Below, piece by piece: positions 9,472 through 21,200 of a stretch of 38,826 bases of DNA. The first letter of the stretch is position 1; the number at the start of each line of letters is the position of its first letter. Under the pieces are notes generated by a model. That model was not told where the DNA came from and made no database searches. It saw only the letters and a program-made list of their open reading frames with translations. The position numbers were made by a program, and so were the translations under genes. The DNA comes from Ascoidea asiatica JCM 7603. Its lineage: Eukaryota; Fungi; Ascomycota. The DNA lies in contig BCKQ01000015.1 of assembly GCA_001600695.1 (NCBI GenBank), positions 299,695 to 338,520 of the forward strand. Direction: 5' to 3'.

Positions 9472-12366
9472 TCATGGTATATCTAAAGATTCTGGGGAAT
9501 GTCTAAGAATATTTGATAAATTCCAATCATCATTCCAGTCAATTAATGGATTTTGATCAAGAGTTAAAGTAAATTGATGTAAGGCATCATAATCCCAAAA
9601 TGGATTGAATTCACCTCCACTAGTATTATTATTATTATTATTATTATTACTATTATTAATAAAATTACTATTCATAATATTCATATTACTATAATCATTA
9701 TCATTATTATTACTATTATTATTATTATTGAAATTATTATTATTATTATTGTTATTATCATTAAGGATGTCATTCATATCATTTATAATATTATTATCAA
9801 GGTTACTTATATTATTTTTCCCAATATTGATGCTATTATCTATACTACTATGATTGATAAAAGATGCATTATCTTGATTACTATTATTACCATTATTAAC
9901 AAGATGTTTCATAGCATTAGCATTACCATTATTATTGCCATTACTGTTATTACTATTAATAGACTTGAAAATATATTCATTATCTAAATTTTGATTATAT
10001 ATCATTAATGAAGAAGGTCTAGAAACATCTGCATCTGGAAATAAAAGTTTATGAATCTCTTGAGATATTTCAATTTCTTCTTGAAAATTATTTCCATGAT
10101 TTATTATTGAATTTATATTACTCATATTTAAATTGACTCCATATGCAATATGTCTTTTTATAACTTTTTCAATTAATTTTTTTATTGATATAATACAATC
10201 TTTAACTGCAGGCCATCTTTTACTCATTATTTCTAATAAACTTACACATTTATCTAATAATGATGTTAAACTTTCAAATTTAATTGTTTTCAAAATCCAA
10301 CTTCTTTCATTCCAAATTATATCTAATAAACATGCAATACATTCAACCATAAAATATACTCCATAAAATAAATAATTCAAATGTCCAGTTGCAGAATGTT
10401 CTAAATATGTATCTGCAATAATTTTAATACAATCAATTGATTCTAATATTTGTTTTTTATTTGGAGTTAAATTTATTGGTGATCTTCTTCTTAATCTTAA
10501 TTTTTCAAAATTTTTACTTATAGTTCTAAATTGTAATTGTCTAAATTTATCAAATTCACTTGCTTTATCACACCATTCTTCTAATTTAATATCCATTTTA
10601 AGATACCATTCATCAAATGTTAAAGGAGAAATACTATGACCTAACCATAAAGTTCCATAAATTTCTGATTCTATAATTCTATATTCATTGAAATGTAAAG
10701 CAGCACCTTTGGTATTAACTCCAGATGAATCAAAACCATTTTTATTGATAAACTTATCACTTAATAAAGAAGGATATTTTGCTGTAATTGAATTTTCAGG
10801 TAAAAAAAATGGTAATTTAATAACGGAGCAAATTGCTCTTTCCATGGAAGATGTTGCTAAAAATAATCTTCTCCTTGTATCCAATTCTAAAGTATTTAAC
10901 ATATCTGACATCATTGGTTCTTTATGAAGTCCTAAATGAACACACATTCTTATAGCAATTCCTAAAAGATACCAAGTATCACATGCAGCTGGATTAGTAA
11001 AAGAATAATGAGCAAAAAGTAATGTTACAACTAATGTTTCAAAACTATCTTGAAAACTTAAAGAAGAAATTTTTTGAGCAGCAGTTGTAAAAAGTGCATT
11101 GGATGAAGCTATTGCTTCTGTTTCATTTTTCCAAAGTAAAGTATTAGCACTTATTGCCATTGCTAAAGATACGCAAATTATATCAAAAGAAGATAGATTT
11201 TCTTTTGAATGAAATACTTTATTAAAGCTATCCATAAGAGTAATTTCAGAAATACAAGGATATTGTGGTAAATGATATTTAATGTAATTATTTATAAGAT
11301 AATTAGCAAAATTTATTGGAATTGTTTTTAATTGAATTGGTTTTGTTAAAGGTAATTGTTGTTTAATATGATTAACTTCAATTAAATTATTATTACTTTT
11401 TGAAAATGGAGAAGGTAATGAATTTGGTCTTAATATAAATATTGAATAAATTAAAGTTCTTTGATCTGAAATCCAACTTGTCTTTTTTAAACCAAAATCT
11501 TTATTAACACATTTTAGTAAAGGTAAAGATAAATCTGAAATTAAATTATCTAGATATGAATCCAAATCAAAAATATTATTAAGAAATGAATTTTTGGAAT
11601 TATTAATTTGTTTTTCATTATTATTAGTAATATTTGATTTATTATCTATGAATGAAAATTGAGAAGATGCTAGAATATTAGAATTTTTGTAATAGTTAGA
11701 ATTATTAATACTAGAGATATTTAGATAGTTGGAATTATTAAGATTATTAGAATTATTGAAATTATTATAATTATTAGAGGTATGTGACTCATTAAAAGTA
11801 TTTAATGAAATTTCAGAGTTTGGAAAGGAATTAGAAATAGAACTAGAACTAGCATTAGAATTAGAATTAGATATAGAATTGAAATTGAAATTAAAATTGA
11901 GATTAGAATTTTTAGTTTCTAATTGTAAAATATTTAATTCATTTTCTAAAGTATTTTTTTTATCTTTTAAATAACTTAATAAAGATCTTGGACTTGGTTT
12001 TTTAGTTTCAGGATTATAACCCCAACATTTACAACCTGCTCTTTGACAAGAAGTACAAGTTGGATAAATTAAATCACATTTTCTTTTATTTTTTTTACAC
12101 CTATAGCATGTTTTAATTGGTCTTAATTTACTTGAACCTGAAAATAATAATTTATTTAAATCAATCTGAAAATCATTAATTTCATCTAAATTTTCATTAG
12201 TTGAGTTATTTATAATATTAGTATCAGTATTTTCATCTTTATTGGAGTTATTTATAATATTATTTTCAACATTTGTATCATCATGTGAATTAATGATATT
12301 ATTGATTGAATCAGTTTTTCTTCTTTTTATAGTGATTTGGGAAGTATAAGGTGACTTAGTAGGCAT
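9472..12366 (-). CDS. Zn(II)2Cys6 transcription factor with a fungal-specific TF domain and Asn-rich tracts
   Basis: Binuclear cluster CYRCKKNKRKCDLIYPTCTSCQRAGCKC followed by a coiled coil. Middle homology region WYLLGIAIRMCVHLGLHKE…RRRLF. Acidic, aromatic C-terminus. Confidence 0.93.
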   Translation of the reverse strand: MPTKSPYTSQITIKRRKTDSINNIINSHDDTNVENNIINNSNKDENTDTNIINNSTNENLDEINDFQIDLNKLLFSGSSKLRPIKTCYRCKKNKRKCDLIYPTCTSCQRAGCKCWGYNPETKKPSPRSLLSYLKDKKNTLENELNILQLETKNSNLNFNFNFNSISNSNSNASSSSISNSFPNSEISLNTFNESHTSNNYNNFNNSNNLNNSNYLNISSINNSNYYKNSNILASSQFSFIDNKSNITNNNEKQINNSKNSFLNNIFDLDSYLDNLISDLSLPLLKCVNKDFGLKKTSWISDQRTLIYSIFILRPNSLPSPFSKSNNNLIEVNHIKQQLPLTKPIQLKTIPINFANYLINNYIKYHLPQYPCISEITLMDSFNKVFHSKENLSSFDIICVSLAMAISANTLLWKNETEAIASSNALFTTAAQKISSLSFQDSFETLVVTLLFAHYSFTNPAACDTWYLLGIAIRMCVHLGLHKEPMMSDMLNTLELDTRRRLFLATSSMERAICSVIKLPFFLPENSITAKYPSLLSDKFINKNGFDSSGVNTKGAALHFNEYRIIESEIYGTLWLGHSISPLTFDEWYLKMDIKLEEWCDKASEFDKFRQLQFRTISKNFEKLRLRRRSPINLTPNKKQILESIDCIKIIADTYLEHSATGHLNYLFYGVYFMVECIACLLDIIWNERSWILKTIKFESLTSLLDKCVSLLEIMSKRWPAVKDCIISIKKLIEKVIKRHIAYGVNLNMSNINSIINHGNNFQEEIEISQEIHKLLFPDADVSRPSSLMIYNQNLDNEYIFKSINSNNSNGNNNGNANAMKHLVNNGNNSNQDNASFINHSSIDNSINIGKNNISNLDNNIINDMNDILNDNNNNNNNNFNNNNNSNNNDNDYSNMNIMNSNFINNSNNNNNNNNTSGGEFNPFWDYDALHQFTLTLDQNPLIDWNDDWNLSNILRHSPESLDIP

Positions 12367-13145
12367 TATAGCCTTAGATGATATTGATTAAGTAATATAA
12401 TAGGTTATTACAATATGGTATAGATTTATTTGAAAAATGAGAGTGATATGTATAATATGAGATATGTGAATAATATAATTAGTGTTTTAGAGAATAACTA
12501 CAAATTAATCAGCTTTTTTTCATTGAATCTTTATTGTTTTCCAATTCTTAAATAACTAATAATGTTTTTTAGAAATTATTTTTTCCAAATTAATGGAATT
12601 GTAATTAAAGAAACAATTATCTTTGAGTATTTAATCGATTGATGTAGTAAAGAGATAGTTGATTGTTAAAAATATTTCAATAAAAATACTTTCTAGAAAA
12701 TAAGTTTGGTTTAATTCTGTGGAAATGCAATTAATTGTTTTTGATTTGATTTCTTTTCTTTTAGCAATTCTTTTAGCAATTCTTTCTAAATGATTTGAAA
12801 ATGGATTTAAGAAATAGCTTTAAAAAATAGGCTTGAATAACGTTAAATTTGTTGGAGTGCTGGAGCACTTATCACGGTATCAAGCGACAAAGCAGCCATT
12901 TCAGGCGGAGATTCTCAGAAACACAGTGGAAAAGCCGAAGGTTTAAAGCTGCATCCAATTACACTTTGACAGAAAGAGAAGTGATTGGTGATTGAGAATA
13001 TGGAAGATGGTCGATGGAAGTGTATATAAGAAGAGCAATATCCTCTTTCAAATGATTCTACTTCTTCTTGTTTGTTTGTAGTTATCGTCAGTTACAGTGG
13101 TTAGTGTAAAATAGAGATATAGTTATAAAAACAGAAGAAGACAAA
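12367..13145. promoter_or_regulatory. Divergent promoter shared by the TF and the C45 gene
   Basis: The genes are head-to-head. A GC-richer patch at ~12850-12960 has CGG/CCG triplets and a GATA site (CTTATC, ~12868). TATATAAG occurs at ~13023. Confidence 0.55.
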
Positions 13146-14234
13146 ATGAATTCAATAAATCCAGAAAGATTTTATGATACAGATGTACCATATGTTTTTG
13201 GTAGAGGTACCAATTATGAAATTGGATTTACTCATGGTAGTGTTGCAAAGGATAGAATTAAGAATATGATTGGAATATATGATGAATTATATCAAGAAAC
13301 TGCAGAAATTGGATGGAAAGAAGCAAATAAAAGAGTTGAAAAATTTATACCATATCTTGAAAAAGTTTGGCCAGAAATTTTAGAAGAAATGAAAGGTATT
13401 TCAGAAGGAAGTGGAATTTCATTAATTGATATAATTACATTAAATTGTCGTAGTGAGATTTGTTTAACAAATTATTCAGATGGATGTACTGCAATGGCAC
13501 AAAAAGATCCTGAAACTGGTGATGTTTTTGTTACTCAAAATTGGGATTGGCTTGAATCAATGCATACAACTACAGTTTTACTTGATATTAAACCAAATAA
13601 TAAACCAAGAATGATAATGTTTGCAGAAGCAGGAATTGTTGGAAAATTTGGGTTTAATAGTGAAGGATTATCACTTGTTCAAAATGCTTTGAAATCAGGT
13701 ATTAATCAAATTGCATTACCAACACATCTTGCAATTAGAAAATGTCTTGAATGTAAAAATGTTGATGAAGCAATTTCACAATTAAAAAAATTTGGTGTTG
13801 CAAGTTGTTCAAATATTACTTTAGGTGATAAAAGTGGAAAATTCTTAACAATGGAAGTCACACCAAGAGGTTTTACTATAATTAATTCAGAGCCTGAAAA
13901 AAATGGATATGATGCAGTTATGCATACAAATCATATTTATGGAACACCAAGATTAGTACCAGATCATCCATCAGATAATTCTTTTAGTAGATTAGCAAGA
14001 TTACAAGAATTAAGTTTAAATGCTCCAGTTAATTATGAAGATATTAGAAGAAGATTATCAGATCTCCAAGGTAAACCATATTCCATCTGTAGATGTAAAA
14101 ATCCTGGAGCTGTTGGAGTTGAAGCAATGGTCACAATAGCTACTCCAATAATAAATATCACCAAAGGAGAAGGTATTATAACTATTGGTTCTCCATGTGA
14201 TGAATCATTAACAAAATATAAATTAATTATGTAA
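13146..14234 (+). CDS. Peptidase C45 / acyl-CoA:6-APA acyltransferase (AAT, IAT-like) Ntn-hydrolase
   Basis: GTNYEIGFTHG, EEMKGISEG, LNCRSEI, the DG|CT autocleavage site (Gly113-Cys114), QNWDW, EAGIVGKFGFNSEGL and HTNH. Confidence 0.93.
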   Translation: MNSINPERFYDTDVPYVFGRGTNYEIGFTHGSVAKDRIKNMIGIYDELYQETAEIGWKEANKRVEKFIPYLEKVWPEILEEMKGISEGSGISLIDIITLNCRSEICLTNYSDGCTAMAQKDPETGDVFVTQNWDWLESMHTTTVLLDIKPNNKPRMIMFAEAGIVGKFGFNSEGLSLVQNALKSGINQIALPTHLAIRKCLECKNVDEAISQLKKFGVASCSNITLGDKSGKFLTMEVTPRGFTIINSEPEKNGYDAVMHTNHIYGTPRLVPDHPSDNSFSRLARLQELSLNAPVNYEDIRRRLSDLQGKPYSICRCKNPGAVGVEAMVTIATPIINITKGEGIITIGSPCDESLTKYKLIM

Positions 14235-15792
14235 GATAAACTATATACAAGAATTAAATAATCTTTTTTATAAACTAAATAAAAACATATTTCGCTACAG
14301 ACCAAAGATTACGTAATATATCATGACACAATGTAAAACACTTATTTACCTTATTGATTATCTAATCAGAGAAAACCACTTTTTTTAAGAGCGCGCCACT
14401 ATTTCCGTATTCAGAAATTTAATCCAAATTTGGACTCGGGGAAAACTGTTGGGTAAAACTTAAAAAGTCGGCGTGGAAGGAGTGGCTCCAAATCTGGAAT
14501 GTTGGCCGAGACCGGGGAGCCCAAAGAAGCTGCTTTACCCCGATCTGAGGCCCGAAACGGCAGGACATCGCTGCTTTGCCGAAGTCCACCGGGATGTGTT
14601 CGGTTAAGGGAATATGAACAAATCCGGCTTTATCGACTTAAAGCACTAAAACAACAACAAAACACCACAAAAACATTGACATAAGATATAAAAGGGTTCG
14701 ATTTGGGCTATTTGTTTGTAATTTATATGGTACTACCAAGGGCAATCATTATATTACTGGTAGGTTCGAGAGAAAGTAAAGATGTTATCCTCCTGGGGAT
14801 GATGTGCTCAATTGATCGGAAAGAAGATGCTCTGATCCACCACCAAGCATGTATTCTTTCCTCTTGTCTATAAACATCAAAACAAAAAAGACAAGAGAAG
14901 AAAACACTAAACTAAAAATGAAAAACTACTACTTTGAAGTGTTCTGATCTCATTTTCACAAGCTTAAAGATATAGAGTTCGCAGCTGTAATTGGTTGGAA
15001 TTGTAGACCATATCCAAGCTATTAGCCAATTTTGACCACCTTGTTAGTTTTTGCTGTAATAATGCTGGAATTTGTTTAAATTCATTTTGATTTCGATTTT
15101 TCTTTGGTTGTAATCCAAAAGCCTTTTTGCAAGTTATGAACTTCCGTACCAATTCATTTCAATTTTAATTCTTTCCACTTATTTTTTTTTGCTTTATTCT
15201 CTTTGTTTCTGTTTTTAATTTATCCAATTATATCTATTCATTCCATGATATTCTTATTATCTCGTTTCTATTTTAGTACTAATCATCTTTTTTTTTCAAA
15301 TAAAATTGTTGGCCAGTTATTTGATTTTAGTTCAATGAATTTACCTATTACTATGATTTTACATTAAAAACACCTCATTTGATTCGAATCCATCAATAAA
15401 TATATATATAAAAAGTATCGGCGCTTAGTCAAAAAAGTTAATATAAAAGGCCATTGATTTCTCTTGTTAATTTTTATATCTCCTTTACTTTTATATTTTT
15501 ATTAATAATCAACTTCAATAAATTAATCAATCAATCAATTAATTAATTAATATTTTTTATGCTTTATTAAATAACTAATATATTATTTATCATTTTATAT
15601 TACTTATTTACTTCAAACTATATTTATTTACCTTCCTTAAATAAAAAAAATTTAATTTATTTCAAGCTGTTTGCAAATTTATTAAAATCAACTCATAATC
15701 AATTTAGTTCGAGAAAGAATTCAAATTCTGGAACGGCTAATTCAAATTCTTTAATATATCATTAAAATCTTTTTATATTAAAAAATTTCACA

Positions 15793-17409
15793 ATGACAAT
15801 TCAAACTTTTGAAACACCAATTGTTAAAGTTAATTCAACAAACTCAGTTTGGTCTGATGATACTTTAAAAACAAAATATATTTATGAAAATTCTGTTGTT
15901 GAAAAACAAAATAATGGAAATTATATTGTATCTCCAACTAAAACTAATTATGAATTTAAAGTTGATTTAAAAAAATCAAAAACTGGTTTATTAATTGTTG
16001 GTATTGGTGGTAATAATGGTACAACTTTAATTTCTTCAATTTTAACAAATAAAAATAATATTTCATTTGAAACAAAAGATGGTATAATTAATCCAAATTA
16101 TTATGGTTCTGTAACTCAATCTTCAACAATTAAATTAGGTATTGATAAGAATGGTAATGATATTTATACTCCATTCAATTCAATTTTACCAATGATTAAT
16201 CCAAATGATTTAATTGTTTCTGGTTGGGATATTAATAGAGAAAATCTAAAAAATTCAATGAATAGATCAAAAGTTTTAGATATTAATTTACAAAAACAAT
16301 TAAATCCATTTTTAGAAAAAATTATTCCAATGCCTTCAATTTATTATCCTGATTTTATTGCTTTAAATCAAAAAGAAAGAGCAAATAATATTATTAATAA
16401 AAATTTAAAAGATGAAATTGATTTAAATAATAAATGGAAAGATTTAAATAACATTAGAAATGATATTAAAGAATTTAAATTGAAAAATAATTTAGATAAA
16501 GTTATTGTTTTATGGAGTGCAAATACTGAAAGATATTCAGAAATTATTAAAGGTGTTAATGATACATCAGAAAATTTAATTAATTCAATCAAAAATAATC
16601 ATAAAGAAATTTCACCTTCAACAATTTTTGCAACAGCATGTATTTTAGATAATATTCCATATATTAATGGATCACCACAAAATACTTTTGTTCCAGGATG
16701 TATTGAATTAGCAGAAGAGAAAAAATCATTTATTGGAGGTGATGATTTTAAATCTGGTCAAACAAAATTAAAATCAGTTTTGGCACAATTTTTAGTTGAT
16801 GCAGGTATTAGACCAATTTCAGTTTCATCATATAATCATTTAGGTAATAATGATGGATATAATTTATCATCACCAATGCAATTTAGATCAAAAGAAATTT
16901 CGAAACAATCAGTTATTGATGATATTATTGAAAGTAATGAAATTTTATATAATGATAAATTAGGTAAAAAAGTTGATCATTGTATTGTAATTAAATATAT
17001 TCCTGCAGTTGGAGATTCAAAAGTTGCAATGGATGAATATTATTCCGAATTAATGTTAGGTGGACATAATAGAATTTCAATTACAAACGTTTGTGAAGAT
17101 TCATTATTAGCAACTCCATTAATTATTGATTTAGTTGTAATTACTGAACTTTTATCAAGAGTTTCTTATAAAAAGTTAAATACTGAAAATCCTAATAATG
17201 AAAGTGAAAAAGATAATGAAAGTGAATATGAAAATTTACATTCAGTTTTATCATTTTTAAGTTATTGGTTAAAAGCTCCATTAACTAGAAAAGGATACAA
17301 GCCAATCAATGGACTTAATAAACAAAGAACAGCAATTGAAAATTTTATCAGATTATTAGTTGGATTACCAATTAATAATGAATTAAGATTTGAAGAAAGA
17401 CTTCAATAG
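15793..17409 (+). CDS. INO1: Inositol-3-phosphate synthase
   Basis: [37 protein letters not shown] and [10 protein letters not shown] are MIPS signature motifs. Confidence 0.99.
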   Translation: MTIQTFETPIVKVNSTNSVWSDDTLKTKYIYENSVVEKQNNGNYIVSPTKTNYEFKVDLKKSKTGLLIVGIGGNNGTTLISSILTNKNNISFETKDGIINPNYYGSVTQSSTIKLGIDKNGNDIYTPFNSILPMINPNDLIVSGWDINRENLKNSMNRSKVLDINLQKQLNPFLEKIIPMPSIYYPDFIALNQKERANNIINKNLKDEIDLNNKWKDLNNIRNDIKEFKLKNNLDKVIVLWSANTERYSEIIKGVNDTSENLINSIKNNHKEISPSTIFATACILDNIPYINGSPQNTFVPGCIELAEEKKSFIGGDDFKSGQTKLKSVLAQFLVDAGIRPISVSSYNHLGNNDGYNLSSPMQFRSKEISKQSVIDDIIESNEILYNDKLGKKVDHCIVIKYIPAVGDSKVAMDEYYSELMLGGHNRISITNVCEDSLLATPLIIDLVVITELLSRVSYKKLNTENPNNESEKDNESEYENLHSVLSFLSYWLKAPLTRKGYKPINGLNKQRTAIENFIRLLVGLPINNELRFEERLQ

Positions 17410-18230
17410 ATTATTCAATAGAAGAATTCCTTAATTCAGCTATTTTATCATAATTTCTTACTTCTTTAGAAACCCAAGTGTTCTAATAACTTATTTTCAC
17501 TTCTATTTTATTTTTATTTTCTTACTATTTTTCCAATATATTGATATACTGTATATTAGTATATAATAATACATAAGTAATTTATTTATTCAAATTTCAG
17601 TAGTTAACGTTAAACATAAACAAATTATAATTGTAAGTAATAAGAAGAAGTATTAAAACTTGTTTACTTTTGGCGTTATTGATGAAGAGAATAAGACCCA
17701 CATATATGGTCTCTGGAAATCACAAAAAATTAAAAGCTTCCATAGAACTGGCTCCAATAAAACACATGACATCACATGACCTAGCGCTTTTTTTTATCTA
17801 CGAGGTTTCTATTTTTGGAAGTACCCGGATTTTTAGCAAAACCAGCCGAAACAGGCAACTTTGTCGCGTGACACGTAGGATATAACTGCTCCTGCCCCTT
17901 TTGGATGTTTGTGAGTGCGCTGCTCGTTAATTCCGCATTTTGCTCAACTCCCCAGCAAAGACTGATGCTTATTTTGATTATGCCATTCCCATTCATTATT
18001 TATTCCCATCTTTTATTTATCTTTATTTATCATTAATTTTCATTATTTATCTTTATATTCAATTACAGATATTTATGAGTCAGCTCAGTTTATTATTCTT
18101 TCAGTTTATATTATGGTATTGGTGTTGAAGAACTGCATTAGACACTACTTTTTTTCATCTTTATTTAAGCTTACTCTCAAATACTTCTCAATCGGGATTA
18201 TTCCCACCATTTCCCTTTCTGACTTTGAAA

Positions 18231-21200
18231 ATGGATGGAAATAAATTAGATGATTCTGTAATGGATCCGAATCATAATAATAATAATAACAAATGTAATA
18301 ATGGAGATAGTAATATAATCAATAATAGCAGTCTTCTTGATAATGCTTCAAATCTACTTCCAAGTTTTAATACAAATATTAATAACAACTCAGCTTTAAA
18401 TCAATCTTTATTATCTACACCATCTCAGTCTACTATTTTAGACCCATACACTTTATCAATTTCAACTCAAAATATAGTGGAGAATTCTATTAATGCCATA
18501 AAAAAACTTGAAAAAAAAATTAAATCAGTTTCAAATGAAAATGAAATTGAAAATGAACAACAAAATGAAAATGATATTGAAAATGAAATTAATAATTTAG
18601 AATCTTCCAATAAATTTACTGAAAATATTGATAAAAAAATTATTTTAGATAAAAAAGTTAAAAAAAGAAGAAGAAATCCAATTTCTTGTACTTGTTGTAG
18701 AAAAAAAAAAAGAAGATGTGATAGAAAAAGACCTTCATGTACTTTATGTAAAAAAACTGATTCGAATTGTATTTATGAAAATTCTATTTGGGATTCAGAT
18801 TCTATTATTAATCTTAATATTAATAATAACAATAAAAAGAATATAAATAATAAAAATATTACTTATGATAATTCAAATGGTTTCTCAGTTATTAACTCAA
18901 ATATTAATAAAATTTTACCAAACGAGAATAATTCTTCAAGTAATACCCATAGTAATATCAATAATATAAATACAACCAATCCTAGAAAAGCTATAAATAA
19001 AACCATTTTTTCAAAAAATTCAAATCCAATAAAAACTAAATTTAAGTATTATCAACCTTCAAATGGTTCTTTAACTTTGTCTTTACCAATGAATATTCCT
19101 TCTGAGTCAACAGGAAATGTACCTGATAATATCCCAAATTCTTCAATTGAATCAAATTTCAATTTATATTCAAATTATGCTCCTTTATATTCAAAATCTT
19201 TCAAAATTATTAAAGTTGGTCCTTTTCATTGGTTTACAATAGCTCAAAGGGATTGGTATCTTAAATTATTATTCACAAATATTCATAATCTAAAAAAAGT
19301 TACTAATTTTTATAAATCTAATTTCAATTCTCCAATTAATCCACTTTTGAAAAAAAACTTAATTTTAAATAATATTTCGGATAAAAGTTCAACAAATTTA
19401 AAAATTGCTTCAATTGTCAAAAAAAAAAAATCAAATCTAATTAACTTTAATTTACCTTTAAACCAATCTGCTTCAAATAAACTTTTATCAAAAGATTTAG
19501 AAATTTTAGATTTAATCAATAACTTCTTACCTCCAAAATTCATTATCTTAAAGTATATTGATATTTTTTTCAAGAATGTTTATCCATTTTTACCTTATTT
19601 AGATGAAGAATATTTTAGAAAAAATGTTAATATAATTTTATCTTCAACTTCTTTTCTAACTTCATCTTCTACTACATCTTTACCTGCTTCATCAAAAATA
19701 ACAAATGAAAATAATCTTGAAAATAGTTTTAAAAACTCAAAATGTACTGCCACTTTAACACACAAAAGGGATTCATTTATTTTAGCTCAATTATTAATAG
19801 TTTTAAGATTTGCTTATCTTTCAATATCATCACCTTCTTTGAATCCTGCTTTCAATAATAATAAAAAGTTACATGAATCTTCTGATGATTTTAAAAAGGA
19901 AGCTAGGACCAAGCTTGACAATTCGAAACGACACTACCAATCAAAGGATAGTCTAGTAGTAACTCAAAATCCAAAACTGAGTGGGAAATCGAAAGTATCC
20001 AAACCAAAGCCCAAAGCAAAAGAAAAATCAAAAACTAAACCAAAGGGTAAACCCAAACTTCAAGCAAAAGCACAATCAATTCCTAAATCAACCCTTGAAC
20101 CTCAAATCAACAATACCGAAATTCACTCCACCAAATTGCAAGAAGACTCTGAAATTTTATCTTATTCAATTGATGCAGATGCTATTTCCTTTGCAAAATT
20201 ATTGTTAAGCAATTTTAATTATTTCAAAAAGTCCGGGTTGGAAATTTTTCAAACCTTATTGTATTTGAGACTTTATAAATCTTTTGGTCCTGAAGAATCC
20301 GACGGGTTTGAAGGAAATGATTCATTGATTCTTAATGGTCTTTTATTTAGTACAGCTTTATCAATATCATTAAATCGTAATGTTTCAAATTTTTATAACT
20401 TATTGGATCCAAATTCCAAAAAAAATTTCAAGCAATACTCCAAAAAATATAATCAGATTTTGAAACAAGATAATGGGGACTATGGTTTGAACGTTGGGAA
20501 AACAAAGGAAGCTAAAGTTACAGCGAAAACCAAATTTCCTAATTTAATGGAGCCACCTAATGATAGCAGAGCTAACTGCTTTTATAAAGAGCCTGAGTTT
20601 ATTGTTAAGAAAGATAAATTGATTTGGCTTTGGTCTAAATTATGGATTGGGTTGAAGCATTTGGAATCCTCGCAATGTATTAACTTTGGAGTAAATGGAA
20701 ACTTATTTGATCAATTTGATGATAATGAATTACCAAATTATTCTAATTTTTTGAACAGTTCCAACTTAAAGGATTTGAGTTTGGAAAAAGTTTCAACTGA
20801 GGTATTAGTAGATAGAGGAGAAATAGATTTATACGTAAATGACCTTATCGAGTTGACTACGGGCAAACAATTAAATAAAGAAAGATTGAAATCGAAATTT
20901 AAAAGTTGCCAGAAAATTGGTTTAAATAATGGAGAAGCTCAAATTCAAAACTCTGCACCTTCAAATATTTCTCCCTTTGGTATAAGCCACATTGAATTAT
21001 TCAGCAAAGTCCAGAAAATTGAAGATATATTAAACGAAAAGTTTGATCCTCCGAAGAAATTATTAGAAAACTTCATTAAGCCTAAGCTGCAAGTTAAAAA
21101 TGGTCAATATAGGGCAGATGTAGGCAGATTTGAAAGTTTGTCTAGAATAACGAGTTATCTTGAAACCGCATGTTATTTATTTAACTTGAAATATCAATTG

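Noticed and set aside
14797-14838. C/D box snoRNA (ATGATGT…CTGA with a short terminal stem)
   Set aside because: The C box is imperfect and the span of ~40 nt is too short.
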